Below are positions 10,841-24,437 of a stretch of 64,000 nucleotides of DNA, piece after piece. The DNA comes from Strigamia acuminata (taxonomy: Eukaryota). The notes below the pieces were generated by a model. The model worked only from the letters and a program-made list of their open reading frames with translations. It did not search any database and had not been told where the DNA came from. The number at the start of each line of letters is the position of its first letter. Positions within the stretch are counted from its first letter, which is position 1. A program made the translations under genes and the position numbers. The DNA is taken from contig OX442314.1 in NCBI GenBank assembly GCA_949358305.1, forward strand, positions 32,426,001-32,490,000, read 5' to 3'.

Positions 10841-12062
10841 AGTATGAGACTATCAAAAGTATGGCGAGAAATGAACTTGAAAAAATGTTTGAATGTGGAG
10901 CGTGTTAGTCGGAGTTTAGTTATTTCTTCGCCAGACGGCGATACTCGGAAGAAAATGAAAGCAGCAAAGGAATCATATTGGAAATCCACGGAAAAAACGG
11001 TGTGCAGTTCTCAAAATCATCTCAAGTTTCTGTGTAATTCGATAGACTAAACTTATTCACGACAGGTAAAGGCCCCATATTTATCGCAGCATTCGGTCTG
11101 GCAATACTTAAATCCAGCTCTGATTTTCATTGGTCATTAAAAAGGACCAAAGTCTGAAATTTGTGAATAATGTTTGATTTCGTATCAATTTTGTTACTTA
11201 CAAGAGCAATCAGCACAAGTTGCATTTTAACACGTCATTTCAATCGACCGAGTTTTGAACCCTTCCTTCGGTTGGATGCCACAAGAGACTTGAAATGTAT
11301 TATACGCAGTTCAGTCAATCTAAAAAACGGAATATTTCATAACGTAAGGAAATGTTTGATCGAGTTTCTTTGAACAATCTTTACTGTTTCCGCCAACGCC
11401 AAGTTGAACTCGTTGATCTCAATCTCGCTGCATCCATGTAGTCGTGTCTATTATTCTGTGGTCGTGTGGTCACAGAATAAGATACAGAATGGCAACTCAG
11501 CGTCGGTTTCTTTGATGTAGCTGAGGCATGAAAACGTCACAGCACAGTGGCGCCACCGCGTAGAGGGCCTGTAGATCGCGACGAAAAATGTATGGCCGAG
11601 GCATGTTTTGTTCGGAATTTGGAGACAAGGATGCCTTTTAAACTCAAGTAAATAGACCATTTGTTGAATACGAAATAAGTTTTCAAACAATTCAGTTACT
11701 GGGAGTTTAGAAAACAAGGAAAGTTTGTTTTTAATGCTTAATAATTTTTTGTTTTGTAAATTTCTAGATCCCAATGAATTCATGGCCGTGATGTAAACAA
11801 TTCGAACACAACGTTGCCTTTTAAATCCAAGTAATTAAACAATTTTTTACACATGAAATAAGTTTTAAAACAGTTAAATTACTGGTAGTTTAGAAAACAA
11901 GGAAAGTTCATTTTTACACTTAATAATTTTCTGCTATGTAAATTTGTAGATCACAATGGAGAATTCAAGGCCAAGTGATGTTAACAATTTGGACACAACG
12001 TTGCCTTTTAAACCCAGGTAAATAAATAAAGAAATAAATAACATTTAAAAACATTTAATAAT

Positions 12063-15000
12063 TCACTGATTTGTAATTTTCAAAAATTTCCTGCTTTTGC
12101 TTTTTGCAGCTTTAAGAGATCTTGTTTTTTTTTTTAAAACATGGTGTATTTTAACCCTAAAAAAAAGAGAGGTTAAAAACCTTTTACTCACATCACATGA
12201 GGAGGGGAACACTAGTAACTCATTATTGATACATTCAAATAATTTTGTTATAATATTTTCTTGCCAAATTAAATTTTCAAATTTTGAATTAAAAATTTTG
12301 TCACATGAAATCAAATAAGAGTATATACTTTTGGAAGGTAGTTTTAAGGAATGAAAATCACTGATTGAATGGCTGTATGCTCTCCAAAATGTTAGCATTT
12401 GTTTTTCATTATCCAATGAGTGATTTTTTTCTAGCAGTTTCTCTTTACAAGATTCGCAGTCATCATGCCAGCTAAACAATCGTTTTAACAGATATCCGCC
12501 TAAATAATAAATTACATTTTCTTGTTCTAGGCACACATCTTCGACTTCTATGCCTAATCCATCGTTGGGTATTTGGTTTTCAGCAGTGTTATTTCCAGGA
12601 TGTAGCGTCTTCTGTTTCTTTTTGGGTATGGCTGATAGTGATTTCAAGGTGATTAATATGGCATCCTCATCTACTTTACAGTTTGCATCATAACTTGGCT
12701 GCAGCAACTTGTTTAAAGCAGCGCTCTTAAAACTGTTGATGAAATCTGTTGTAGTGGGTGCATCATTTGAGCCACATCTTTGCCTTATGATGGAGAAAAA
12801 ATTTTCCAGTGGGTCCTGATTGAGTCTTCGGGTGCACAGCCAGGTGAAATTGTATTTTAATTTCAGTTCCTCCCACAAAAGAAGTATGGCGTTTATTGTT
12901 TGTCTCCATCCACGGAAGCAGTTGTACTTGGCATTGTGCATTACTTTCAAGGCATCAAACCATGTCAGACAATGTGTCGCGTCCTACCTGGTGATAGGTT
13001 TAAAGTGCTAACGTGTATTACTTTACCTGTGATCCTACTAAATATGTAAATTACCCAAATGAATACTAAGTATATGTAAATGAACAAATAGGTTTATTCA
13101 ATAGGCGTAAGCCTTAAAATACACTCAGTATAAAACTAGAGTCGACTTGGTCAGAGTCGAACAAAGGATTTCTCAAGATGGCGTCGTCGGTTCCGCGTGG
13201 TCGGCGGAACAAAGGCGGCGTCTCGAGTTGTCGTAAATTCGTCACGGATTCGTCGTTCACGGACGCGGTGGAATGCTCTTTCGAGTCTTCTATCCGTGCC
13301 TGTTGTCTAGGGGTTGGTTTTTAGCGTCGCAAGGCTCCGTCCAGAAACGTGGAGTTTCTTACAGGGCACTCGGACACTTCGCAATGGAAATAATCGTGGG
13401 TCGATTATTCGGTGTGAATCTACAAGGGTTACTTTCCTGCTTTCGCGGGGAAATAACACACAGTGTAAATTCGTGAGAGTTACAGTTGCACTGGAATCAG
13501 CGGTCCTCGATCAATCCTAACTTTTGGTGGAGTTGGCCTGACGGTGAGGTAGTTGCTGTGTTCTTGGTGTCGTTGGTGTAAGTTCTGCTTGTAGGGCGCG
13601 AAACTCTACCTGATATAGGCCAGGGTGAGGGGCCTGGCTCGGCCAATGGGGGCCGGCCACGCGTCACCTCACCCCCTCGGGGCACGCGCTTCCCAGGGGG
13701 GGAAGGCGGAGCCAACGCGAGAGAACTGACCTTTCCCAGTGACTCATGCGGATGGCGCCCACTGGAGGGGCGACCACCCGCAGGGTCACCACAAATGTTG
13801 TAAGAATTCTATTTGTTCTATTTTTTAAAAGAAAATATTTTAAGCATTGTTATAATTTAATTTCTTTCAAATTGTTTCAGCTGTTACCAGTATCGCTCTG
13901 CAATGGTTTTCGCATGACCTTGCTTTCTTTAAATGTTGAACTGTTGCAAACATCGAACAGTTTGTCGAGAACGAGTGCAAACTCTGCAGTTTCACCAGTA
14001 GAAGGATCTAATTTTCCTGTACAGAGAAAAAATAAAATAAGAATTTATATTTTTTTATTTTTAATTTTTAATTTTTAATTTTTAATTTTATTTTTCAATT
14101 TTTTAATTTTATTATTTAATTTCTTAATTTTATTTTTATTTTTATCTATTTAGAAATAAAAATAAAATAAAAAATTAAGAATAAAATAAAAAAATAAAAT
14201 TTATTTATATATATTTTTTTAATTTATATTTTTTCTTTATAGATACCTAGGCTGATGTACGTGTTTATGCCAGCAGAAACAGAATGGCTAAATGTTTGCG
14301 TTGCGTATTTCACTTTCATCTTTGAAAAAGGAGGAGGATCGATGTGATTTGGAGTAAGTTTAGGAACTGCTTGAAGTGAGAGCTGGCTGCCTTGGTCAAC
14401 ACGATATAATTCTCTAATGTGGTTCCATTTTGCTAGCTTACTGTGGTCGAATTGAATGTCATGTTTATGAAGACAATTTCGAACATTTTTAATGAGATGG
14501 CATGGGTCGTACAAGCAATAAATTTTTTCATTTTCAAATTCAAAATAAGGTTTATCCCAAGTTACATTTAATAATTCCATTAATTTAATATTATTAGCCC
14601 CCTGATCACATACTAAAGTTTTAACTATTACCTCGCTATCTTTTAAAATTTGGAGTGTTTCAGAAACACAATTTTTTAGGTTTGGGCCATCTGCCCCTTG
14701 ACATGTGAAGAAAAATGAAATGGGTTGCTTTCATTTCACTTTTCCCAACCCCCTGACCATGAAAACCAAAGCATGAGTGCTGATGTTTTCACTTCTCATG
14801 CCATTTCCAAAATCTTCAAAACCTTCAACTTTATCTTCATTTTTGTTATATTGTAAATTTATTTTAAGTGAAATTTCATCTAGCAAAATGGAACACACAC
14901 GATCTTCTGGTGAAAGGTGTTTGATCTTTTCTTTTAAGACCAAAATTATATCGCTTTTGACTCCAGGCCTCAATTTGATGTGCTCCACCCATTTCTGAAG

Positions 15001-16140
15001 GGTCCTCTTTGATGGCAAATTAAATATTTTGCTTAAAAAGCGATAGGATTTTGCACCCATGTAATGTAGTGACAGAGCCAAAAATTTGTTTTCCTCTGAC
15101 CAGCGCCTTCCCTTTTTAGCTCTTTGGCCCAGATTGATTTGTGCAGCAAAGAAATCGAGTTGTGGCCCACTCAAGTAATGGGATGCTGCTTCAATGGCAT
15201 CAGTTTTGCTCATTTTCCTGTCTGTTGGGTAGGTCGTCACTTTTGTTTTGTTACTCCTGCGGTTTTTTTGCCGTGTTGTTTTTACACATCGTTTCATTTT
15301 TTCCAATTTCTGTTCCAAATTTTTAATAATTGCATCCTTTTCAGCTAGCTGTTTTGCCCAGTCAAAAGAAGTCGACGGCAGTTGCTGTGATTCCTCGTGT
15401 GATTCCTCGTGTGACTCGGGTTGCAACAATGCAGTCTGTGGAGGCATTATTTCATCTGTTGCAGTTGTAGTAGCAGAAATACTGTCATCTGTGTTGTCAT
15501 TTTACAAAGTAATTGATTAATCAACAGGGAATAATTACTTTTTAATTAATTTTTAATTAATTTTTAATTAATTTTTACCTTTTTTCTTTTTTTTAGGTGG
15601 CAACTGGGCAATGTGTTCTGCCCTTAATTTTCGTCTTTCTGCCCTCTGTCTGCAACTTTCTGCTTGCGCAGATTTAGTTTCCTCTGATTCCTTGGATTCG
15701 GTTTTAAAATGGAAGATTGTTGGAACTGCATTCCAAACAAGTCTGTTTCGTTGTGTGTTCATGAACTGACTGTCCTCAAAATGTTCAGCACACAGGAAAT
15801 AATGCTTTTTTAATTTCACTTCAGCTTTTTTGGTTAAATCAGCTCTTTTTGTTTTTAGTCTCCATATTCTGCACCTGTGAGAATGAGTTGTGTTGGTTTT
15901 TTAAAGTTATTTCATTATATTTTTTGTATTATTAATATAAAATACTCATGGATTAAAGATAATCTTTATTTATTGCACAGAATTGTCAGATACATGCATG
16001 ACATATTTTTTTAACTTATTAATTATCAAATACCTTTCTTCATCTTTTGGAAATCTAAAAAATGAAAGTTTTTTTGGGTTGGCTCCTCTATTATTTGAGC
16101 AGTGAATTGCACTGCAATAACTTGAACCTGCCTTAGACAT
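12063..16140 (-). pseudogene. Spliced THAP-domain P-element-type transposase, inactivated
   Basis: Exons 16140-16034, 15874-15579, 15488-14247, 14016-13888 and 13817-12063. THAP C2CH (CSAIHC..CAEHF..AVPTIF), LLDEISLK, CDQG, DPCHLIKNVRN, NQDPLENFFS. TGA replaces W of WKQP at 14731-14733 and a solo LTR interrupts the last exon. Confidence 0.9.
12975..13793 (-). mobile_element. Solo LTR (819 bp) in the last transposase exon
   Basis: TGTCGCG...GGGTCACCACA termini; 4 bp TSD AATG (12971-12974, 13794-13797); removal restores EQIEFLQHCLTWF. Confidence 0.88.
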
Positions 16141-17972
16141 TATGTAATGATTGTGACTACTCACATTGGAAAATAAAATGAGTTTTTGGCGCTTTTTTGG
16201 CCATATTTGGGAATATGACAAGTTAGATCCTTTTTTGCATGTCATCAATTGTCCTAAAATGTCTAAAAACATCTAAAAATATCTAAAATATTTATTCATT
16301 TCCGTTTCGAAATATATCGGATGAGTTTTCATCATCAAATCTCGTCGTCTGCAATTTTGACATACAGGCCGGCCACTAGAGGCGCATGTGTCGCATGGGC
16401 GCCATGTTGGGCCTCACGTCAGAATGGGAGTTGCCATTCTGTATCTTATTCTTATTACAAATCAGTGAATTATTAAATGTTTTTAAATGTTATTTATTTC
16501 TTTATTTATTTACCTGGGTTTAAAAGGCAACGTTGTGTCCAAATTGTTAACATCACTTGGCCTTGAATTCTCCATTGTGATCTACAAATTTACATAGCAG
16601 AAAATTATTAAGTGTAAAAATGAACTTTCCTTGTTTTCTAAACTACCAGTAATTTAACTGTTTTAAAACTTATTTCATGTGTAAAAAATTGTTTAATTAC
16701 TTGGATTTAAAAGGCAACGTTGTGTTCGAATTGTTTACATCACGGCCATGAATTCATTGGGATCTAGAAATTTACAAAACAAAAAATTATTAAGCATTAA
16801 AAACAAACTTTCCTTGTTTTCTAAACTCCTAGTAACTGAATTGTTTGAAAACTTATTTCGTATTCAACAAATGGTCTATTTACTTGAGTTTAAAAGGCAT
16901 CCTTGTCTCCAAATTCCGAACAAAACATGCCTCGGCCATACATTTTTCGTCGCGATCTACAGGCCCTCTACGCGGTGGCGCCACTGTGCTGTGACGTTTT
17001 CATGCCTCAGCTACATCAAAGAAACCGACGCTGAGTTGCCATTCTGTATCTTATTCTGTGACCACACGACCACAGAATAATAGACACGACTACATGGATG
17101 CAGCGAGATTGAGATCAACGAGTTCAACTTGGCGTTGGCGGAAACAGTAAAGATTGTTCAAAGAAACTCAATCAAACATTTCCTTACGTTATGAAATATT
17201 CCGTTTTTTAGATTGACTGAGTTGCGTATAATACATTTCAAGTCTCACGTGGCATTCAACCGAAGGAAGGGTTCAAAACTCGGTCGATTGAAATGACGTG
17301 TTAAAATGCAACTTGTGCTGATTGCTCTTGTAAGTAACAAAATTGATACGAAATCAAACATTATTCACAAATTTCAGACTTTGGTCCTTTTTAATGACCA
17401 ATGAAAATCAGAGCTGGATTTAAGTATTGCCAGACCGAATGCTGCGATAAATATGGGGCCTTTACCTGTCGTGAATAAGTTTAGTCTATCAAATTACACA
17501 GAAACTTAAGATGATTTTGAGAACTGCACACCGTTTTTTCCGTGGATTTCCAATATGATTCCTTTGCTGCTTTCATTTTCTTCTTCGTCTCGATTAGACG
17601 TGATTAGAGACGTGGATTGTGACGAGACAAACTCAATTCTTCAACATGAGCATGTCACCACGCAGTGATGAATACTTTTTATCGTCATCAATTTTTTATT
17701 TGAAGCAAAAAGTTTCCGCTTTGCGCATGGCAATTGGTGACGGCGCACGTAGCACGCACTAACAATTGAAACTTTGACGCGCTTATTATCCTACGTAAGA
17801 TGAAAATAAACATTTGTTTAAATAAATAACATGCCAAGCAAGAATAAAACTTACACAAAATCCTTCCCTCGCTGGGCCTTTTAATAAAAAGAAGAAAAGT
17901 CAATACATTTCCACTCCTCGTGGTTTAAGTAAGAAATTTTCTGCCTGCATCTCCCGTTTGTAACTTCAAAGG

Positions 17973-18253
17973 CGTATGTGGTTTCAACAAGATGGTGCCA
18001 CATGCCATATTGCCATACAACCATGGAAACAATTCAATTACTGCATGAGACATCACCGGTTTCGGTGATCAGAATTGGCCCCTTTTTCTTGCACCGTCTT
18101 GTTGAAACCACATATTGGCCACATCAATATAATCCAATTTCGGCAGATAAAACCCTAAACTTTCAGCCGTCAAATCGTCGTTGTTTCAGGGTTGCCAACA
18201 ATTTACTGCACAAATGGCGGCTAATTCAAATCTTGCGTTATTTTTGGGACACC
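17973..18253 (+). mobile_element. Tc1/mariner-type transposon 3' remnant
   Basis: Encodes MWFQQDGATCH (second catalytic Asp motif) and ends in the same TIR (TTATTTTTGGGACACC) as the MITE at 28734-29168. Confidence 0.7.
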
Positions 18254-18984
18254 ATTTATTTCCACTTGCTTCGACGTGTTAGTCACCCAGCTTGAAGTCA
18301 CTGCTTTGTGTATTTCTGCTGATTTTCTAACAACATTGGACGAAGCTAATGGTCAGATAAATGCTGTATACCGCATTGAGATATACTGTATAATCCGAGA
18401 GCCGTTCGGTCTTGCATTCCGTTCCAGGTGACTTCTTAATACAATTTAAGTTGAACACAATAAAGTCCCCTCGTACTTGTTTATTATTTTTTTTAAAAAA
18501 ATATTTGCATGCAGTACAAATGCAGTACAAATTAAAAACTAAATAATTTTGAAAAATTAATTGAGAACTGCATGCTGAAAATATGTCACTATCTTCAGAG
18601 ATAAACATGCCATGCACTTCCGGGTTGACCGCTGGACACGCGTACGTCGTGTGTGAGTGCAAAATAAACGTTTTTACCAGTTTAAACAAGATGAATTGTC
18701 TTCCATCATTGAAAATTGCCAACAAAGGGTTATTGGCACCAACACGTCCAGCTGCGTGAGTTTTTAGTCTCAACGTAAGACAAATTCGGGGATTTTCGGA
18801 CACCAAACCGCTGACCTGACCACGAGACGTTAGGCCTAATCAAAATTGAGAAAAATTCGTGGTAATTCATCAAAAAGACCTAGGAAACGACGGACCAGCA
18901 GACGGGACAGCGGCGTGCTTAAGGAGTGCATGGTGTGGCAAAGACGAGAAGGCTATGAATGCAATTCGTATTTTAACATTTTTT

Positions 18985-19085
18985 CATCACTCATTTTCAT
19001 ACATTTTCATCATTTTCATTGTCAGTTTCATACATTTTCATTGTCATTTTCATACATTTTCATCATTTTCATTGTCATTTTCATA
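18985..19085. repeat. Low-complexity TCATTT/TCATACATTT microsatellite
   Basis: Imperfect tandem short repeats visible directly. Confidence 0.7.
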
Positions 19086-20217
19086 TGCTATATGAGCACA
19101 GTAGACCGCAAGATGATGCTTGTGATGCTGTGTTGATGATTCTGACGATACTGTAGGTATTAAGGCGTTTTGGCTTGTGGGTCTGTTGAATTAAAGTGTA
19201 GCAGGGTTGTAGTGGAGGGTACACGCGATGTCGTTTAGTGTTTGTTGCAGTGGTAGAAAGTGTGCTTTTCCTTTTTATTTGGCTCGGTTGGAAAAATGAG
19301 TAGAAGCGACAGTAGTCTTTATTTTTACGTATTACAGGAAAAATATTTACGAAAAGAATCTTGTTTAAAATTGTCATAGTATTCCTGCAAGTAAAACTTT
19401 GTACAGTAAATCAATACAAATGACTTTTGAATGATGAGTAGTTGATGAGTTGATGAGTATTTGATGAGTATTTGATGAGTTGTGAATATGGGGTCGTGGC
19501 AACCTTTCGCTGTACAACTGTACTGGAATTGGGATCTGTTCAGGTTTCAACGTCATTATTCTAGCTCATGTCTGCTACAAAGAAAATCGTTGCAGCTGTG
19601 TTGTTTTTCCTATCCAGCGCGTAGAAAAAAGAGAAAATTTCATTATTGGACCAGCCTCCATGCCTTTGGTCAAGGTCTGAAACAGTCACGACATGTTTGT
19701 GGATGTAGACACCCCTTGTCAATCAATACATATTAATTTAAATCGAGTTAACTGAGCAACAGTTGTCAAAGCAAATCTCGAACAAAAGAATAATTAACAT
19801 AGTGTGGTCGTGTATTTTGTATTGTGTATGTTGCGATTAACGACCAGACGTGGACAATTTGGAGAATGAACGTTCTAAGAGTTTGCTTCGTTTGCTTCTT
19901 TTCTGGATTTATCGGCATTTCAAACAGTAATTTTTTGAGAATTATATAAATTGAAAAATAATCAGGAATTTTAAAGAAATTCTGGCAATTAATCAGGGTA
20001 TGTGTACATTTACCTTTAATTTTAGCACGGGAAAACACTTCTTTAGCTAACTTACACTTTGCTGACTATGATGAACTCGATTTTCATTTATCTAAAATTG
20101 TACAAATCACAAACACGAGAAGAATACACATTATTTATTATCAGGACGATTATGGTTGGTAAAATCCCAAATTTTATTTAGGTTTATGTATTTATTTATC
20201 TTCTCTTCCTATTTTAG

Positions 20218-23200
20218 TTTCAAACTGTTTGACGAATTTAATCCGTTTCAATTGGATTGGAAAAATTCAAATGTCAGCACAACGATTCAGTAATGCATCA
20301 TTAGATTTTGATTATACTCCTTTCCAGCTGATTCTCATATGGATAGAAAGTTTTGAGCAGGTAAAAGGTCTAATCATCATTCTAGTTATATTTGTCGACC
20401 GACTGCCATGAATGCTTGTTGGTCTTGACAGAACTTCTAACTAGTTCTAATTCTAACAGTACACGCTTGTTTTACATTTTAAAATAAATCTTTATTTCAG
20501 CTTGCCCAGTATACTTTCTTGTCAATTGAAAACAAAGTGTTGATATTTGTCATCAAGGAAACACGTGGAACTCCAAATCCAAAGCATGATCTAGATTTGT
20601 CCTTATTACAGGATCTCATCATATGGAGAGAGAATAAAGTTTACTTATTCACATATGCTCAACACAGTAATGTATGAGTCAATAGTTAAAGTATTATTAA
20701 CAGTATGTTTGCAGAATGTTCATTTTGTTCTTAATTAACACCGTTTATCTTCAACACATCTAAAAGTAAAAGTACATGGTGTATCCAAATCTGCTCATTC
20801 AAAACAATACAGGGTCATTAATTGATGACACCAAAATGAAAACCACTGTTATGCTGATAGACATTTACAGATTAAAGATTGGTGCAATTTTTGTCTACAA
20901 AAATTAACATTCAATATATTTGATTTTTAAAATATATAATATATAATATATATATATAATATATATAATTTAAAATAAGGAAGTTTATTAATATTGTACA
21001 TATTTTTTTATCGTATATTACAGAATTTTAGCTTGCAGTTGTTGAAACATCAATCTAATGGGACCAATTTCCAAACAACTAACTTTGGGATAAATTGTTC
21101 GGAGCAACAAAAATGTCAATTTGAAATAATTTCTCACGCAACGTTGTTTTTGAGAAAACAAAAGTTTACTGTAGCCCGGGTAAAGTATACTACTACAATT
21201 GAAATAGTAGTTACAAATAATATTGCATGTCAGATTTATGGATACCAATAGGGAGGAGGTTAAGCTGAATAGTGAGAGTATGCTACGAAAGGTCCCTTGT
21301 CAATCTCACAAGGGGTCTTCCACAGTGGAAAACCATGTTCACTGTGGTAACAACTTATGCTTAGGAATATGGCTGGACTGTTCCCCGAGAAAACAAGACA
21401 ATCCAACCCCTTTGTGTGATTAACACTATCCATTTGGTCAGTGCCTATGACCTAACGGTACACACTGACCCTTTGACAACTTGTAATAATGGCCATTAAT
21501 CTTTGAAGCAGTCTTGAGTCATTCTTAATTCTCGTGGTATGGGTGAGGGTATTGTGTGATTAGATGTAGGGGTGGTTCTTTGGGGTTGTACAGTGAAGTA
21601 CAGCATTTATCCTACACAGATCCAAACAGAAGGTAATGACCAAAGAGAAAATAGTGAAAACAGTAATAGAAATAAACGATAACAAAGAAACCATTTCATT
21701 TTTTTTATAGGTTGAAGAAATAGAAAAATCTGATTACACATTGAAATTCAATGAAAGTCGTTATTACATATTGGAGAAAATGAGTAACATTTGGTAAGTT
21801 TTTGTTAAAATTTATTCTTTTACTTGCATCACCCACCGCTAGGATAACATGTAGCCCATATCCGGGCGTCTTAACTTATGCACCTGTTAGTATTTATAAT
21901 AAATTCCTACTTTTTAATTGTTAATCCCAAACAAGCACGCTTGCCTCAACTTTGTGTTATTCCGTTACATCCATGTCCATCCGACACCAGACAATATAAA
22001 TAACCACAGTTTTTGACGTTGTTTGGTAAAATACTTTCACAAGGTTGACTTAAACTTTTCTACACTTCTAGCGCAATAGTCGAATTTCCCATTCCGTTTG
22101 ACAGTAATATAGTGCCAAATCTGAAAAAGAAAGTAAGTGTGTGATATTATTCAGTTTGCACAGGATACATTTACTTAAACACTTTTAAGACTATAAAGGG
22201 CAGCTACAAGTAAAGATAATCAGTTTTAATAAACTCAGACCACCTTGAAATTATTAACAAAATTTTTTTTTCTCGCTTTTATGAATGAAAGGAAAGAAAT
22301 ACTAGTATATAAACAAAAACTGGCTTGACAGATTCAAATCTAAATAACAAATCAATTTCTATTTAAATTTATATTATAATCGTCTAGATCTCATTTTCTT
22401 GAGAAATCTTAGCTATAACTATGTAATCGAGTTAGTTTAATCTGAAGAAATTGCAGACTTTACTATATCAAAGAACATTTTAAGAAAACATTTACCATTC
22501 AATTTGTCTATTCTATTATAAGAAATATGACTTCTACAAAGGGCTATGTGGAATCTCTGCATCACGTGTTTTGGATTTCGACTTCGTAAATTTTCCTAGC
22601 AGTACAGACTCATTTGCATTCGTAATGCGACAAGATCAAAACATGATCGAAGAATACTTATGGATGACTTTTTTCAAACCATTTACCATGGTTGTTTGGT
22701 TGTGCATTCTAGCGACTTATTTGATCATCGCGCTATCTGTTGCTTCTATCACCAAATGCCATAAAAACAAACCCTTAACTTCAGGTAAATACACCTCGAT
22801 AAGATTACTAATCAATTTACGAGTCATGTTTGTATTGTAGTTTATGCAATTACTGGAACGGAAAACTTGTTTCGTCTGCTAATCATTTCGAGCTACAGCG
22901 CGGTGCTATATACATCACTTACTGTTACAACATCGCGACTGCAATACAACAGTATTCAAGACTTATTGTTGGCAGACAAAGTCAACTTGTATGCTTTCGG
23001 AAACTCTTTCCCTTACAAGCACATAAAGGTAATGCTTTTTTCGTCTCTTTCGAACCATCCTAGTAGGAATATCCATCGTCAATCAGAACTGTTGTGAGAG
23101 AACGCGGTGTTTATTCTAATATGGCCCGGAATCTTTTCTGGAGAGCTGTAGTGTAATCCGTCATTCACGGCTCCGCTTCAAACATGGCAACAAGTTAGCT

Positions 23201-24437
23201 AGCATGTTTTACGATTCGTGAAGATACCCACGGTGACCTGCGTCACTCCACACACTGCTCACTGGCCCTAAGGTCATTCCCCCTTGTGGGTTAGACTAAC
23301 CCAGTGTTGACTCCACTCTCCTCCCATTCATCACTGTGATGTTTAGTTACATGGCGATGGGCCTGTTGCAGCCTCCATGAGCGGCTACATGGTCTTTAGA
23401 TGAGTACAGCAGAATGTTACGTGTTACCCGATCACGTCACTCACGGGCAGGGGCGGATCTAGCCTTTCGGGGGCTCTGGGCTTGAGGTTTTTTCAGGGGC
23501 CCTTTATCAAAATTTTTAATAACGTCCTGTGTGTGACGGGTTGGTTGCTTGTGTGGCATGCCCTATTGGCATCGCCGACGCGGGTGATGGAAACTCCGAC
23601 CCCTAAACAACGGATTAAAGGGCAACAACCAACAATCCGGTGTCCCTGTCTCCATTATTTACGTGAGGTCCACTTCCACCCAAGGTAACCAGTCCCCAGG
23701 TTGCTATGGAGAAGACTACCCCGTCACAAAGAAACCAACAGAAATTGCCTGCTAACTAATGAGAACTAGTGTATTCTCCAGGTGGATAGTTTAGTAAATT
23801 CACATCAGACCAACAAACGAAACTGTGTAATCTGAGTTTTGTTGTTGGCAATAAATAGCAAATTATGGTCTTAATTTTCTATTTTAGAATGGATCAACAA
23901 ATCTTACACGGGAAATTTGGCAGCGTATGAAAAAAAGTACCGGAGAAGGAAACATTTCATTCGCAGAGGTTCCGAAAGTGCTTTCAACGAACAACAATGC
24001 CATCATCTATTCATACAACAGCCTGAGACAGTTGTACGGACAGAATTGTTCGTTTAGTTTTATAAAAATCCCGATTGCTACTGCTGCTTATTACATGTTT
24101 AATAAAAAAGCAAAATATGTGGAATTTTTTAATCAGAAGTGAGTATAGGTAGTTGTAAATTTGTCAAGATTTTAAAAATTAAACTTGCAATATAAATTTT
24201 AGCATTTTGAGCTTAAAAGAAAAAGGAATCGTGAGCAGAGTTGAGGATAAGCACAAAACAATGACATTTTGCGAGACAAGAAATTACGGCTACACACCCA
24301 TCTCTATTTATCACACAATCACAGCATTTCTAATTCTCATTGGAGGAGTTTTCTGCTCCGGAATTATATTTCTCGTGGAATTTCTTTTTTCGAACAAGTT
24401 TCAATCTGGCGGCGTACTCACAAATCCACCAGCATAA
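20218..24437 (+). CDS. Divergent ionotropic receptor, copy B, apparently intact (about 515-520 aa)
   Basis: Exons 20218-20360, 20501-20671, 21024-21179, 21711-21793, 22072-22132, 22523-22784, 22841-23028, 23888-24138 and 24203-24437 are phase-compatible with no stops seen. Start exon uncertain (possible ATGGTTG|gt at 20152-20158). Confidence 0.88.
23232..23728 (+). mobile_element. Old solo LTR related to the 593 bp family, containing a hAT-like MITE fragment (about 23448-23522)
   Basis: Reverse-complement matches (CAGCCTCCATGAG, CCCTAAACAA..ATTAAAG, ATTTACGTGAG), ends GTCACA; CAGGGGCGGATCTAG inside. Confidence 0.6.

Larger units (their letters stand above)
11471..17060 (-). mobile_element. 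P-superfamily (THAP; P/Galileo-like) DNA transposon with a duplicated 3' end
   Basis: TIR CACAGAATAAGATACAGAATGGCAACTC at 11471, its complement ending at 17060, and a third copy lacking the terminal 3 nt at 16428-16452; about 185 bp subterminal tandem repeats near 11630-12030. Confidence 0.88.
10948..17583. repeat. 1,130 bp inverted repeat (10948-12077 vs 16454-17583) bracketing the transposase
   Basis: Arms are colinear with no net indel (paired coordinates sum to 28531) and only a few substitutions; ORFs 11451..11783(-) and 16748..17080(+) are near-identical. Confidence 0.95.

Noticed and set aside
11451..11783. Duplicated 110-aa ORF (also 16748..17080)
   Set aside because: Lies in the inverted repeat and TIR; no recognisable motif.
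10948..17583. The whole 1,130 bp arms as transposon TIRs
   Set aside because: The outer 523 bp match host spacer DNA present once in the paralogous cassette.
20152..20217. Unspliced signal-peptide-coding extension of the first IR exon
   Set aside because: Frame is broken in B, C and D; the conserved TTTTAG fits a splice acceptor better. The start exon remains unresolved.
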